From the NCBI GenBank assembly GCA_963823035.1, contig CAWGKG010000008.1, positions 117,513 through 181,512 of the forward strand: 64,000 nt of DNA. The letters run 5' to 3'. Shown in pieces: positions 1-10,300 of the stretch. A program made the translations under genes and the position numbers. How positions within the stretch are numbered: position 1 is the first letter of the stretch; each line of letters begins with the position of its first letter. The notes beneath the pieces are model-generated. The model was not told the origin of the DNA. It saw only the letters and a program-made list of their open reading frames with translations, and did no database searches. The stretch is from an uncultured Gemmatimonadales bacterium. GTDB taxonomy: Bacteria > Gemmatimonadota > Gemmatimonadetes > Longimicrobiales > Gaopeijiaceae.

Positions 1-92
1 CGCACGATCCCCGACCCGTGCAGGTCGCGTGACGCGAGCGCGGCCAGGATGTGGAATCGGTGTGGGGACATGGGGTCGGGGAGGCTGGACAT
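1..92 (-). CDS. PadR-family transcriptional regulator (partial, runs off window start)
   Basis: Manual translation from ATG 92 gives MSSLPDPMSPHRFHILAALASRDLHGSGIV, matching the PadR N-terminus pattern (P-x-x-P-x-x-F-H-I-L-x-A-L-x4-H-G). Not in the ORF track. Confidence 0.72.
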   Translation of the reverse strand, partial: MSSLPDPMSPHRFHILAALASRDLHGSGIV

Positions 93-99
93 GGCCCCG

Positions 100-128
100 A
101 TGATACGGCGCGATATTATATCGCGCAA
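100..128 (-). promoter_or_regulatory. sigma70-type promoter of padR with overlapping palindromic operator
   Basis: TTGCGC (128-123), 17-nt spacer, TATCAT (105-100), 7 nt, ATG 92. Inverted repeat GCGCGATA-tta-TATCGCGC at 108-126 in an AT-rich patch. Confidence 0.65.
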
Positions 129-183
129 TACAATATGGGCATGGCCGGTCGGCGGCAGGCCCGTTCGGCCCGATGCGGGGGAC

Positions 184-1377
184 TCAGCGGATCGGCGTCA
201 CCTTGAGCATCACCGCCCCGTGCGAGGGGACGGTCGCCTCGTAGCGGCGCCCGAACGTCCCCTCGTCCCGCTGCGCCCACAGGTCGCGCACGCGCGCCGA
301 GTCGGTGGCGATCCCCATCCGTCCGAAGCTGGCCGCGATCGTCGTCGGGACGGAGGCTCGGTTGAGCAGCACGGCGGCCTTCGAGCCGTCCGCGAGCGGC
401 TTGACCCAGACCTGCAGCTCGGGCGGGAAGTTCTGCACCAGGCGCCCCTGCACGCCGAGCGGGTCCTGGTCCACCGCGATGACCTCACGATTCGTGAGGA
501 TCTCGACGGTGGCCTTGGCCCGCCGGCCCGGGCCCGTCAGCTCACGCAGGTCGTTGCCCGCCATGAGCGGTGAGGCCATCACGGCCCACAGGCTGAAGTG
601 CGCGCGGTACTCGTCGTTCGTCATCCCTCCGTTGCCCACCTCGAGCATGTCGGGGTCGTTCCAGTGTCCCGGCCCCGCGGAGGCCCAGTACTGCGAGGAG
701 CGGTCGAGGATCGAGAGCACGCTCTCCCACCGGTCGAAGATGTCGCCCGTGGTCCGCCAGAGGTTGCCGGTCTCCGGTCCCCATTCCCACGGCTCGTTGG
801 TGCCCCACTCGCAGATGGAGAAGACGATGTCCCTTCCCGCGTCACGGAGCGCGTCGCGGAAGACGGCGTAGCGCTCGCGGGCGTCGAGCCCCTCCGAGTG
901 GCACCAGTCCACCTTCACGTAGTCCACGCCCCATTCGGCGTACGTGCGCGCGTCCATCGCCTCGTGGCCGTAGGAGCCGGGACGACCCTGGCAGGTCTGC
1001 CGGCCCGCGTCGGTGTAGATGCCGAAGAGGAGGCCGCGCGCGTGCACGTAGTCCGCCAGCGCCTTCATCCCCTCCGGGAAGCGCTCCGCGTCCGCGACGA
1101 TCCGGCCGTCGGGCGCGCGATCGACCTGCCAGCAGTCGTCGATGACCACGTAGCGGTACCCGGCGTCCTTCATGCCGCTGGCGACCATCGCGTCCGCGGT
1201 CTCGCGGATCAGCTCCGAGCTCACGTCGCAGCCGAAGTGGTTCCACGAGTTCCAACCCATGGGCGGCGTGCGCGCGAGCCCGTTGTCGGGGCGCCGCGCG
1301 GGCGGCCCGGCGACGAGTGCGGTCATGAGGGGTACGGCGACAAGGAGGAGGACGGACGTGCCGGCGCGGAGCTTCAA
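184..1377 (-). CDS. alpha-galactosidase, glycoside hydrolase family 27 (secreted)
   Basis: Motifs TPPMGWNSWN, VVIDDCW, VDYVKVDWC, WRTTGDI, HWNDPDMLEVGN; signal peptide; TTG start after GGGAGG. Confidence 0.95.
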   Translation of the reverse strand: MKLRAGTSVLLLVAVPLMTALVAGPPARRPDNGLARTPPMGWNSWNHFGCDVSSELIRETADAMVASGMKDAGYRYVVIDDCWQVDRAPDGRIVADAERFPEGMKALADYVHARGLLFGIYTDAGRQTCQGRPGSYGHEAMDARTYAEWGVDYVKVDWCHSEGLDARERYAVFRDALRDAGRDIVFSICEWGTNEPWEWGPETGNLWRTTGDIFDRWESVLSILDRSSQYWASAGPGHWNDPDMLEVGNGGMTNDEYRAHFSLWAVMASPLMAGNDLRELTGPGRRAKATVEILTNREVIAVDQDPLGVQGRLVQNFPPELQVWVKPLADGSKAAVLLNRASVPTTIAASFGRMGIATDSARVRDLWAQRDEGTFGRRYEATVPSHGAVMLKVTPIR

Positions 1378-1526
1378 GGGACCTCCCGGCTGGGTGCCGT
1401 CCCGCGCGGCTCGAACCGGCGCGGGGTGGATGGAGGCTCACGCTAGGGCGGCCCCCACCCTGCGGCAAGCGGGCGCCCTCCGCCTCACCCGGGTTCGCCC
1501 TTTCGCATCGGGCCACTCCGCGCCGA

Positions 1527-3050
1527 TCAGTCGGCTTCGCCCACCGTCGCGGCCTCGGTCAGGGGCAACCGCGTCCGTCGCGCCAGCAGCGGCGGGACCA
1601 CCAGGCTGGCCACGGCGAGCACCCAGAGGACGATCGCGATCGGTGAGTCGAAGAGGATGCGCCAGTCGCCTGCGGAGAGGGCCATCGCGCGGCGCAGGCT
1701 CTTCTCCATGATGGGGCCGAGCACCAGGCCGAGGATGACCGGCGCCAGGGGGAAGCCCGTCCTGCGCATCACCCAGCCGACCACGCCGAACGCGGTCATG
1801 AGCACGAGGTCGAAGGGGCTCTGGTTCACCGCGTAGACCGCCACGAACGAGAGGGCCGCCACGCCCGGGAGGAGGAACCATCGGGGCAGCGTGAGCGCCC
1901 GTACGAACACGCCGACCAGCGGGAGGTTGAGGAGGAGGAGGAAGACGTTGCCGACGTACATGGAGGCGACGAGCCCCCAGAAGAGGTCCGGCTGCTCCTG
2001 GATGAGGAGGGGCCCGGGCGTGACGCCCAGCCCGAGGAGGGCGCCGAGCAGCACGGCGGTCGTCCCGCTGCCCGGCACGCCCAGCGTCAGGAGCGGGATC
2101 ATCGCGCCGTTGGCCGCCGCGTTGTTCGCGGCCTCGGGGGCGGCCACCCCGCGGATGTCGCCCTTGCCGAACGTGCCCTCGCGGTCCGAGACGCGCTGCT
2201 CGGTGCTGTAGGCCAGGAAGGAGGCGATCGTGCCGCCGGCGCCGGGGAGCACGCCGACCAGGAAGCCCAGGACGCTCCCGCGGATCATCGTTCCGAGGGT
2301 ATGGAAGAACTCCTTCACCGTGATCATCACGCGACCGTAGCTCCCGGCCGCCGCCTGGCCGCGCTCGGTCTCCTGGAGCAGCTGTAGCACCTCGCTCACG
2401 GCGAAGAGACCGATCGTCACCACCACGAAGTCCATCCCGTCGAGCAGCTTGATCTGACCGAAGGTGAAGCGCGGGATCGCGCTGTTGGGGTCCAGGCCGA
2501 CGGTGGCGAGCAGCAGCCCGAAGGCCGTGGAGGCCAGGCCGCGCACCAGGCTGCCGCCGGCGAGGCTCGACAGGGCGGCGAAGGCGAAGACCATGAGCGC
2601 GAAGTACTCGGCCGGGCCGAAGCGGATGGCCCACTCGGCGAGGAGCGGCGCGAAGAGCACGAGGCCGAAGATCGACACCGTGCCGCCGAAGAAGGATGCG
2701 ATCGCCGACATGGCGAGCGCCTGCCCTCCCCTCCCCGCACGCGTCATCGCGTGGCCGTCGAGCGCGGTGACCACCGCGGACGCGGTGCCCGGCACGTTCA
2801 GCAGGATCGTGCTGATCGAGTTGCCGTACTGCGAGCCGTAGTAGATCCCGGCCATCAGGATCAGCGCGGATTCGGGTGGGATGCCCGCCGCGAAGGTGAT
2901 GGGGATGAGGATCGCGATCGCGTTGATGGGGCCGATCCCGGGGAGCATCCCCACGAACGTACCGACGAAGACGCCCCCGAACGCGAGGCCGAGGTTGAGC
3001 GGCCTGAGCGCGACCGCGAAGCCGCCCAACAGAGAGGTCAACGCATCCAC
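1527..3050 (-). CDS. tctA: tripartite tricarboxylate transporter large permease
   Basis: GMLPGIG, YYGSQYG, NVPG, PEAANNAA, LGVPG motifs. Start moved to GTG 3050 after GGGAGG. Confidence 0.93.
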   Translation of the reverse strand: MDALTSLLGGFAVALRPLNLGLAFGGVFVGTFVGMLPGIGPINAIAILIPITFAAGIPPESALILMAGIYYGSQYGNSISTILLNVPGTASAVVTALDGHAMTRAGRGGQALAMSAIASFFGGTVSIFGLVLFAPLLAEWAIRFGPAEYFALMVFAFAALSSLAGGSLVRGLASTAFGLLLATVGLDPNSAIPRFTFGQIKLLDGMDFVVVTIGLFAVSEVLQLLQETERGQAAAGSYGRVMITVKEFFHTLGTMIRGSVLGFLVGVLPGAGGTIASFLAYSTEQRVSDREGTFGKGDIRGVAAPEAANNAAANGAMIPLLTLGVPGSGTTAVLLGALLGLGVTPGPLLIQEQPDLFWGLVASMYVGNVFLLLLNLPLVGVFVRALTLPRWFLLPGVAALSFVAVYAVNQSPFDLVLMTAFGVVGWVMRRTGFPLAPVILGLVLGPIMEKSLRRAMALSAGDWRILFDSPIAIVLWVLAVASLVVPPLLARRTRLPLTEAATVGEAD

Positions 3051-3505
3051 ATCGCCTCCCAGAGCGCGCCGAGCGGAAGCGGCAGGCCGAGCGCCCACAC
3101 GAAGAGGTACCAGAGCACGACCGAGAGCGTCGCCGCCGATCCGAGGCTCTTTCGCCACGGACCGCCGAAGAGCATCGACAGCGCCCCCACGGCGGCCGTC
3201 GTGGCCACCACGAACCCCAACGGTGCCAGGAGGAGGGCGTAGCCGCCGAAGACGGCGGCGGCCGCGCCCATGCGCAGCAGCACGGCTCCGGTCGGCCAGA
3301 CGCGCGGCTCACCGCCCCGCACCAGGAGGATCATGCCCGCCGTGAAGAAGATCGCGGCCGAGAGGAGGGGCAGCGCCTTCGGCCCCACGGGGTCCGTGAG
3401 GAAGGCCACGTCGAAGGTGGAGGCCTCGAGTGCGACGCCCACGCCCAGCGCCACGAGCACCCCGCCCGCGAAGCGGTCGGTGCGGTCGGCCCGCCGGGCA
3501 CTCAC
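3038..3505 (-). CDS. tctB: tripartite tricarboxylate transporter small permease
   Basis: GTG 3505 overlaps tctC stop; about 4-5 TM segments with DPVGPKALP and C-terminal LGLPLPLG. Confidence 0.88.
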   Translation of the reverse strand: MSARRADRTDRFAGGVLVALGVGVALEASTFDVAFLTDPVGPKALPLLSAAIFFTAGMILLVRGGEPRVWPTGAVLLRMGAAAAVFGGYALLLAPLGFVVATTAAVGALSMLFGGPWRKSLGSAATLSVVLWYLFVWALGLPLPLGALWEAMWMR

Positions 3506-4470
3506 TCGAGCAGCCCGATCTCCCGCGACATCGCGCGGAAGTCCTTCACCTGCCGCTTGACGAACGCCTCGAAGTCTTCGCCGTAGAGGAAGAACGGCTC
3601 GAGGTGGTTCCGCTCCCGCGCCGCCGCCCACTCGGGGGACGCGCCCACCCGGCGCATCACGTCGACCCACTCCCGGTAGCGCTCGTCGCCGATGCCGGCC
3701 GGGACGTAGAAGCCGCGCCACGTCACCCAGTCGACGTCGAGCCCCGCTTCGTGCGCCGTGGGCACCTCGGCGAGGATGCCGCCCACCCGTTCGGGGGCGA
3801 GCACGGTCAGCACGCGCATGCGACCGGCGGCGATCTGACCCTCGACCTCGGAGGCCTCGCCCGAGAAGACCTGGACGAAGCCGCCGAGGAGCGCCGTCAT
3901 GGCCTCGCCACCGCCGTCGAAGGGGACGTAGCGGATCGCCCGGGGGTCGATCCCCGCCGCGTGCACGAGAAGCAGCACCTTCATGTGGTCCTGCCCCGCC
4001 ACGGCGCTCCCCCCGCTCACCACGATCGAGCCGGGCGCGACGCGCCACGCCTCCAGCAGGTCGGTCAGGTCGCGCCAGGGCGCGTCGGCGGCCACGGCCA
4101 GCACGCCGTATTCGGCTCCGACCGCGCCGACCCAGCGGACGTCGTCCTCGGTGAGGCGCCCGTACTGACCCTGGGCGAGCCGGAGGGTGGTGGACGGGCT
4201 GGCCGCGATGAGGACGGTGGGATCGTCGGCACGCTGCGCGACCGCGTTGGCGAACGCCACGCCTCCGCCCGCGCCGGGGAGGTTCGTCGTGCGCACCAGC
4301 CCGGGGGAGAGCCCCAGGGTGCGCAGCACCTCACCGACCGAGCGACAGGTGAGGTCCCACCCCCCGCCCGCCGCGGCCGGAGCAACGCACTCCCAGCCGC
4401 GGCCACCCGCGTCGGGAACGCACGCCCCGACGGAGAGGACGGCCAGAGCCGTGAGGATGGGTCCGCGCAT
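3502..4470 (-). CDS. tctC: tripartite tricarboxylate transporter substrate-binding lipoprotein
   Basis: AAGGGWD, NLPGAGG, YVPFDGGGEA, WRG motifs; lipobox VGAC. Confidence 0.93.
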   Translation of the reverse strand: MRGPILTALAVLSVGACVPDAGGRGWECVAPAAAGGGWDLTCRSVGEVLRTLGLSPGLVRTTNLPGAGGGVAFANAVAQRADDPTVLIAASPSTTLRLAQGQYGRLTEDDVRWVGAVGAEYGVLAVAADAPWRDLTDLLEAWRVAPGSIVVSGGSAVAGQDHMKVLLLVHAAGIDPRAIRYVPFDGGGEAMTALLGGFVQVFSGEASEVEGQIAAGRMRVLTVLAPERVGGILAEVPTAHEAGLDVDWVTWRGFYVPAGIGDERYREWVDVMRRVGASPEWAAARERNHLEPFFLYGEDFEAFVKRQVKDFRAMSREIGLLE

Positions 4471-4563
4471 GGGGCAGCGTCGCTCGTGGGAGGCGAACGG
4501 GACCGGTCGGTGCCGGTCGGTGCGCGGTAGGGTGGGGCGGGCGCGCCCCCGGCCACAAGGGGG

Positions 4564-4598
4564 GAAGGGACCGGTCCCGGAGCGGGACCGGCCCCTTC
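4564..4598 (-). terminator. GC-rich stem-loop downstream of cytochrome c peroxidase
   Basis: GAAGGGACCGGTCCCG / CGGGACCGGCCCCTTC near-perfect stem 10 nt after the stop at 4609; weak U tract. Confidence 0.45.
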
Positions 4599-4608
4599 TG
4601 GCGAGGGG

Positions 4609-5668
4609 TCAGGAACCGCCTGCCGCGCCGGCCGAGGTCGACGGGAGGGGTGGAAGGATGGGCTCGTTGATGTATTCGTAGGGCACGGGGCCCGTGAGCG
4701 TCCTCAGCCAGGTCACGATGCTCTCGACCTGGGATGCGGTGAGCTCCGCGCCGAGCTGGTGCCACGCCATCAGCGAGACGGCGTCCTCGAGGCGCTGAGC
4801 CGATCCGTCGTGGAAGTAGGGCCACGTCTCCTGGACGTTGCGCAGGGACGGCACCTTGAAGAACATCGCGTCCGCCGCGTTGCCGGTGACCTGCGCCCGA
4901 CCCTGGTCCGAAGTGTCGTACCAGGTGTTCACCAGCCCGGCCTTCTGGTAGAACGAGCCGCCGACGTACGGCGCCGACGTGGCACTGGGTGCACCCCGCG
5001 GAGGCGAACTCGTTGAAGCCGGCCTTCTCCGCGTCCGTGAGCGCGCCGGCGTCACCCGACAGGAAGGCGTCCCAGCGGGAGGGGGTGACCAGCCCGCGCT
5101 CGAAGGCGGCGATGGCGCGGCCGAAGTTCTCGAAGGTGACCGGCTGCGCATCGCTCGGGAACGCGGCCTTGAACGCGTCGACGTACCCCGGCATCCGCAG
5201 GAGGACCTTCTCGACCGACTGGCCGTCCGGCATTCCCATCTCGACGGGGTTCAGGACCGGTCCGAGGGCCTGCGCCTCGACGTCGGGGGCCCGCCCGTCC
5301 CAGAACTGAGCGACGTGGCCGGCCGCGTTGTAGACCGAAGGCTCGTTGCGTCCACCCACCAGCCCCTCGTGCCCGACGCCCGTAGGCCGATGGCTCGTGC
5401 CGTAGTCGTGCAGGGGATGGCAGACGTAGCAGGAAACGTCGCCCGAAGTGGAGAAGCGCGTGTCGTAGTAGAGCATGCGCCCCAGGTCCACCTTCTCCGC
5501 CGTCATCGGGTTGTCGGTGGAGGCCATCACCGTCGGGAGCGCCGCGAACGCCTGCAGGGCGGACGGATTCGCCTCGACGCCGCCGGTCTCGTGGGGAGGG
5601 GGGGCGTCGGTGCCGCAGGCTGCGGTCAGCACCAGGAGGGTGAGCACTGCGTTTCGCCGCGTGAACAT
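4609..5668 (-). CDS. di-heme cytochrome c peroxidase (CcpA/MauG family), lipoprotein; 1 frameshift near 4975
   Basis: SCYVCH and GCTQCH heme motifs, QFWDGRA, NPVEM; FKVPSLRNV and PYFHDGS continue in the adjacent frame (ORF 4609..5151). Confidence 0.92.
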
Positions 5669-5826
5669 CGGGGAACGCCTCGGAGTCAGGTGGATAGCCG
5701 AGGGCGGCGGAGGGCCGGGCGGTCCGGGTGGGAGGGCCCGGCGCGAGCGCTCGGCCGGTTGATTCCGGTGCGCCCTTCAGGGACCTTGAAGTGTGCTCGT
5801 CCTTCCGGGAGCCCGGTATCCGGCAA

Positions 5827-6405
5827 ATGACAGTGGAGCGGGTGATGGAGAGGGAACACTCGTCAAACGCGCGCCTGGCGCTCGTCGGTGTGCTGGCGCT
5901 GCTGGCGCTCAACGCCGCGGTCAACCTGGTGCTCGACGCCTGGGGGCGGTGGCCCCGCGTCCACCTGGCGCTCGAGATCCTGACCGCCCTGGTCGGAATG
6001 GGGGCGGCGACGGTGCTCTGGTGGGGCTGGCGGAGGGCGGAGCGGGCGGAGGCCGGGGCGCGTGAGGCGCTGGTGGCGCGGCGGGCGGAGCGCGACGAGT
6101 GGCGGGAGAGCGCGCGGCGGGCGCTCGAGGGGCTGGGCGAGGCGCTCGACGCGCAGTTCCGCGCGTGGGACCTGACGCCCACGGAGCGCGAGGTCGCGCT
6201 CCTCCTCCTCAAGGGGTACAGCCACAAGCGCATCGCCGAGATGACGGGGCGCCGCGAGCGCACCGTGCGTCAGCACGGCGTCGTCGTCTACCAGAAGTCG
6301 GGGCTGTCCGGGCGCGCCGCGCTCGCGGCCTACTTCCTCGAGGACCTGATCCTGCCCGACGAGGAGCGCGACACGCTGCGCGCCGCCACCCCCGTCGAGC
6401 CCTGA
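5827..6405 (+). CDS. membrane-anchored LuxR-family HTH regulator
   Basis: Two N-terminal TM helices, coiled coil, then WDLTPTEREVALLLLKGYSHKRIA..ERTVRQH..VYQKSG. Start may be 5827 or 5845. Confidence 0.88.
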   Translation: MTVERVMEREHSSNARLALVGVLALLALNAAVNLVLDAWGRWPRVHLALEILTALVGMGAATVLWWGWRRAERAEAGAREALVARRAERDEWRESARRALEGLGEALDAQFRAWDLTPTEREVALLLLKGYSHKRIAEMTGRRERTVRQHGVVVYQKSGLSGRAALAAYFLEDLILPDEERDTLRAATPVEP

Positions 6406-6417
6406 CGCGGAGCCGGC

Positions 6418-6692
6418 ATGGATCCCATGGCCATCGTCGGGATGATCTTCACGCTCGTCATGCTGGTCGTGATCGGCGGCTTCATCCTCCTCATCCCCCT
6501 CTCCCGCCAACTCGCCGCCTTCCTCCGACTGCGGTTGGAGCGGAGTGACAAGGCCGACCAGGATGCGCGCATCGCGTCGCTCACGAGGGCGGTGGCGTCG
6601 CTGCGGGACGACGTCGAGCGGCTCGCGGAGCGCCAGGAGTTCACGGAGCACCTCCTGGAACGTCCCGCCCCACGGACCCGGAGGAGGAATGA
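6418..6692 (+). CDS. small membrane-anchored coiled-coil protein; 1 frameshift in C-run near 6670
   Basis: TM plus ERLAERQEFTEHLL. Adding one C at 6668-6671 gives PTDPEEE-stop with ATGA overlap onto tag; the 417-aa track ORF is read-through. Confidence 0.7.
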
Positions 6693-7306
6693 GTGCCGCG
6701 AGCGGGCCTCCCCGGTGCTTCTGGGTGCGCGACGCCGACGAGGACTACGTCCGCTACCACGACGAGGAGTGGGGCTATCCGGTCGCGGACGACGTCCGGC
6801 TGTTCGAGAAGATCTGCCTGGAGGGGTTCCAGTCGGGGCTGTCCTGGCTGACGATCCTGCGCAAGCGCGAGAACTTCCGCCGTGCCTTCGCGGGCTTCGA
6901 CTACCGGAAGGTGGCGCGCTTCGGCGCGCGCGACGTCGACCGACTCCTGCAGGACGCCGGTATCGTCCGACACCGGGGGAAGATCGAGGCCACGCTGAAC
7001 AACGCCGAGCGCGCGCGCGAGATGGTCGAGGAGTTCGGCTCGCTGGCGGCGTTCGTGTGGCGCTTCGAACCGGGCGCCGGCACGCGGCCCGGGAAGCTCA
7101 CGGAGGAGGCGCTGCGCGGCATGGCCGCCACGCCCGAGTCGAAGGCGCTGTCGAAGGAGCTGAAGAAGCGGGGTTGGCGCTTCGTCGGGCCCACCACGGT
7201 CTACGCCTTCATGCAGGCGATGGGGCTCGTCAACGACCACACGCACGACTGCGCCTTCCGGGCGAAGGCGCTCGCCGCTCGCCGGCGCTTCGAGGTGCCG
7301 GGCTGA
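6689..7306 (+). CDS. tag: DNA-3-methyladenine glycosylase I
   Basis: RCFW, YHDEEWG, LFEKICLEGFQSGLSW, FVGPTTVYAFMQAMGLVNDH; ATG 6689 after GGAGGAGG. Confidence 0.95.
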   Translation: MSAASGPPRCFWVRDADEDYVRYHDEEWGYPVADDVRLFEKICLEGFQSGLSWLTILRKRENFRRAFAGFDYRKVARFGARDVDRLLQDAGIVRHRGKIEATLNNAERAREMVEEFGSLAAFVWRFEPGAGTRPGKLTEEALRGMAATPESKALSKELKKRGWRFVGPTTVYAFMQAMGLVNDHTHDCAFRAKALAARRRFEVPG

Positions 7307-7329
7307 CGCTCGGGCGCCGCCGCCGGTTG

Positions 7330-9445
7330 CTAGTGGCTGCTGGTCGCGGCGCGCCCGGCGGGACGCAGCACCAGGTTGTCGATGAAGAACTCCATCATCC
7401 GGTACGGGTTGAGCGCCGAATGGCCCCGGTCCGGTCCGACCTGCACGTCGAAGCTCTTCTGTGCGCTCTGCAGCGCCTGGATGAGCTGCAGCGAGTTCGA
7501 GGGGTGCACGTTGTTGTCGGCGGTGCCGTAGTAGATCATCAGGCGCCCCGTGAGACGATCGGCGTACGTCATCGCCGAGCCGGCGTCGTAGCCGGCGGCG
7601 TTCTCCTGCGGCAGCCACATGTAGCGCTCGGTGTAGATCGAGTCGTAGTTCCGCCAGTCGGTCACGGGTGAGGCGGCCGACGCCGCCGCGAAGACGTCGG
7701 GGTGGCGCAGGATCGCCATCGCCGAGGTGTAGCCGCCGTACGAGGTGCCGAAGATGCCCACGCGCGCGCCGTCCACGTACGGACGCTCGGCCAGCGCTCG
7801 GACGCCGGCCGCCTGATCGTCGATCTCCACCGTGCCGAGCTTCTCGTAGATCGCATCCAGGAAGCGCTTGCCGCGCCCGGCGGCGCTGCGCGAGTCGAGC
7901 GTCGCGACCAGAAAGCCGTACTCGGTGAGCGGGTTGGGCACGGCGAACCTCTCGTAGGCCCCGTTGGTCGCGGGCCCGGCGTAGACGCTGACGAGCAGCG
8001 GGTACTTCCGGCTCGGATCGAAGTTCGACGGCTTGTGCAGCATCCCGTACAGCTGCGGTCTCGCCGTCCGCGGCCTCGAAGGTGAAGAGCTCGACGCGCT
8101 GGAGCCCGAGCTCCTCGAAGCGGGCGAGGTCGCTCGTCGCCAGCTCCGCGACCTGCTTGCCCGAGGCGTTCACCAGGCGCGTCACAGGCGGCTGGTCGTG
8201 CGTCTGTGCGACGTCCACGAAGTACTTCCCGTCGGGGGACATGCTCACGTCGTGGTTGAACGCCGGATCCGTGAGACGGCGGTCGTTCTTCCCGTCGAGG
8301 CCGATGCGGTGGAGCTGCAGCTTCATCGGGTTGTCGCCGTCGCGCGCCGTGTACCACACCACGCCGGCCTTCTCGTCCACCTCCTCGATCGACTGCACCT
8401 CGAACGGGTGGTCGGTGAGCGTGCGCAGGAGCTTCCCGGAGTAGTCGTACAGGTAGAGGTTGGCGAAGCCGGTGCGCTCGGAGATCCACAGGAAGCGCTT
8501 CCCATCGGCGAGCCAACGGATCGGTGGGTGGTTCTCCACCCACGAGTCCGGCCATTCCTCGCGAACCACCACCCGGCAGCTCCCCGTCGCAGGGGCGCAC
8601 GCCGTGAACTCGAGCACGTTCTGGCGCCGGTTCGTGCGGTTGAACGTGATCTCCGAGCCGTCCGGCGACCACGCGACCTGGTAGACGTAGTGGCCCACCA
8701 CGTCGTTGGTGAAGGGCGCGCCGTCGCGCACGTCCATGCGGGTGGACCGGCCGGACGCGAGATCGTAGACGAAGAGGTCGACCACGGGGTTGGGCGCACC
8801 CGCCTTGGGATAGGCCTCGCGGTCGAGCGAGTCCTGGACCTCGGTCTGCTCGAACTGGAGGTAGTAGTCCGGGACGTCGCCCTCGTCGAAGCGGTAGTAG
8901 GCCAGCTTCGTTCCGTCCGGCGACCACCACATGGCCGTGACCTGCCCGAGCTCCTCTCCGTAGACCCAGCTCGCCGTCCCGTACTTGATGCGATCCTCCG
9001 CGCTTCCGTCCGTGGTGACGGCACGCGCACCGCTCCGGTCCGCGGCGCTCACCCACAGGTTCCGGTCGCGATAGAACGCCTCCATGGTGCTGTCCGGAGA
9101 CATCGCCGACGCGAACTGACGGCCCCGCTCCGGGCCCCCGCGGCGGAAGCCGCGCGGCTCCGGCGCCTCGCCCACGTCCGTCGCTCGACCGGTGGCGACG
9201 TCGTAGCGGTAGAGGCGGTCCTCGCGCGCGTACTCGAACGTCTTCCCGTCGTCGGCCCATGTGACGCGCAGCGCGCCCGAGACCACGGAGCCGGGAATCC
9301 GACCGGCCATCTCCTGGTAGCGGGCGTAGCCGGGCATCTCCTTGATGCGCTGCTGCGCGGCCGCGCCGGAGGCGGCCACCGCCGTCGCCAGGACGGCGGT
9401 GAGGGAGGCGAACGAGTGGCGGGTGCGACGGGGCAGGGTGGGCAT
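7330..9445 (-). CDS. dipeptidyl peptidase IV-like S9 peptidase (secreted); 1 frameshift near 8050
   Basis: WVYGEEL, WWSPDG, YPKAG propeller; catalytic GTSYGG, DNNVH and RGH in ORF 7330..8043. Confidence 0.92.
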
Positions 9446-9786
9446 GGTGGTGAATCCGTCGGACGTGGCGGCGAACGGCCTTCGTGGCGAGGGGGGAAGC
9501 TCGGGCGGGGGTCGCGGAGCCGCAAGCGAGGGCTTGCTCACGACATGGCCTGCCGGGTGTCGCCGGCGCGCTCGTGGGTCTCGGCACGGGGCCGGCCGTC
9601 GCCGCGCTCCTTCCGGGAGTAGCGCGGCGCACACGCGTCCCGCACGTTGACGGCCGCAGCGAACGGGCCGGCCCTGCGTCGACCGCGCCCGATACGTACC
9701 CCACCCGGGAGGATCGGATGAGCCCTGCAGCAACCCTCGCGAACGGGCGGCCACGGCGGCACGGAGCAGGACGGCGGATCGGATGG

Positions 9787-10293
9787 ATGGCACGGCGCGC
9801 GCCGCTCGTCGCGGCCCTCGTGGGCGTGGCGGCGTGCACGATGGAGCCGCGCACCGACCAGAACGCCCCGACCAGCGCCACGCAGCCGGCGGCGCAGCAC
9901 TACCGCGAGGTCGTCCAACCGGAGGGCGTGGCGCGTCTGCCCGTGTTCAGCACGGCCATCCGCAACGGTGGCCTGCTCTTCCTGTCCGGGCAGATCGGCG
10001 CGGTGCCCGGGGTGAGCCCACCGCAGGTGGTGGAGGGCGGCGTCGAAGCGGAGACGACGCAGGTGTTCGAGAACATCAAGACCGTGCTCGCCGCGGACGG
10101 CCTCACGCTCGACAACGTGATCAAGTGCACCGTCTTCCTCGCGGACATCGGAGACTACGCCGCGATGAACGCCGTGTACCTGACGTACTTCCCGAACGTG
10201 CCGCCCGCGCGCTCGGCGATGGCGGGCAGCGGCCTGGCCCTCGGCGCGAAGGTCGAGATCGAGTGCATCGCGGCGTATCCGCCGGGTCGGTGA
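9787..10293 (+). CDS. RidA/YjgF-family protein with lipoprotein-like signal
   Basis: LFLSGQIG, KCTVFL, MNAVY, PPARS, KVEIECIA; N-terminus MARRAPLVAALVGVAAC. Confidence 0.88.
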   Translation: MARRAPLVAALVGVAACTMEPRTDQNAPTSATQPAAQHYREVVQPEGVARLPVFSTAIRNGGLLFLSGQIGAVPGVSPPQVVEGGVEAETTQVFENIKTVLAADGLTLDNVIKCTVFLADIGDYAAMNAVYLTYFPNVPPARSAMAGSGLALGAKVEIECIAAYPPGR

Positions 10294-10300
10294 CGGGCCC

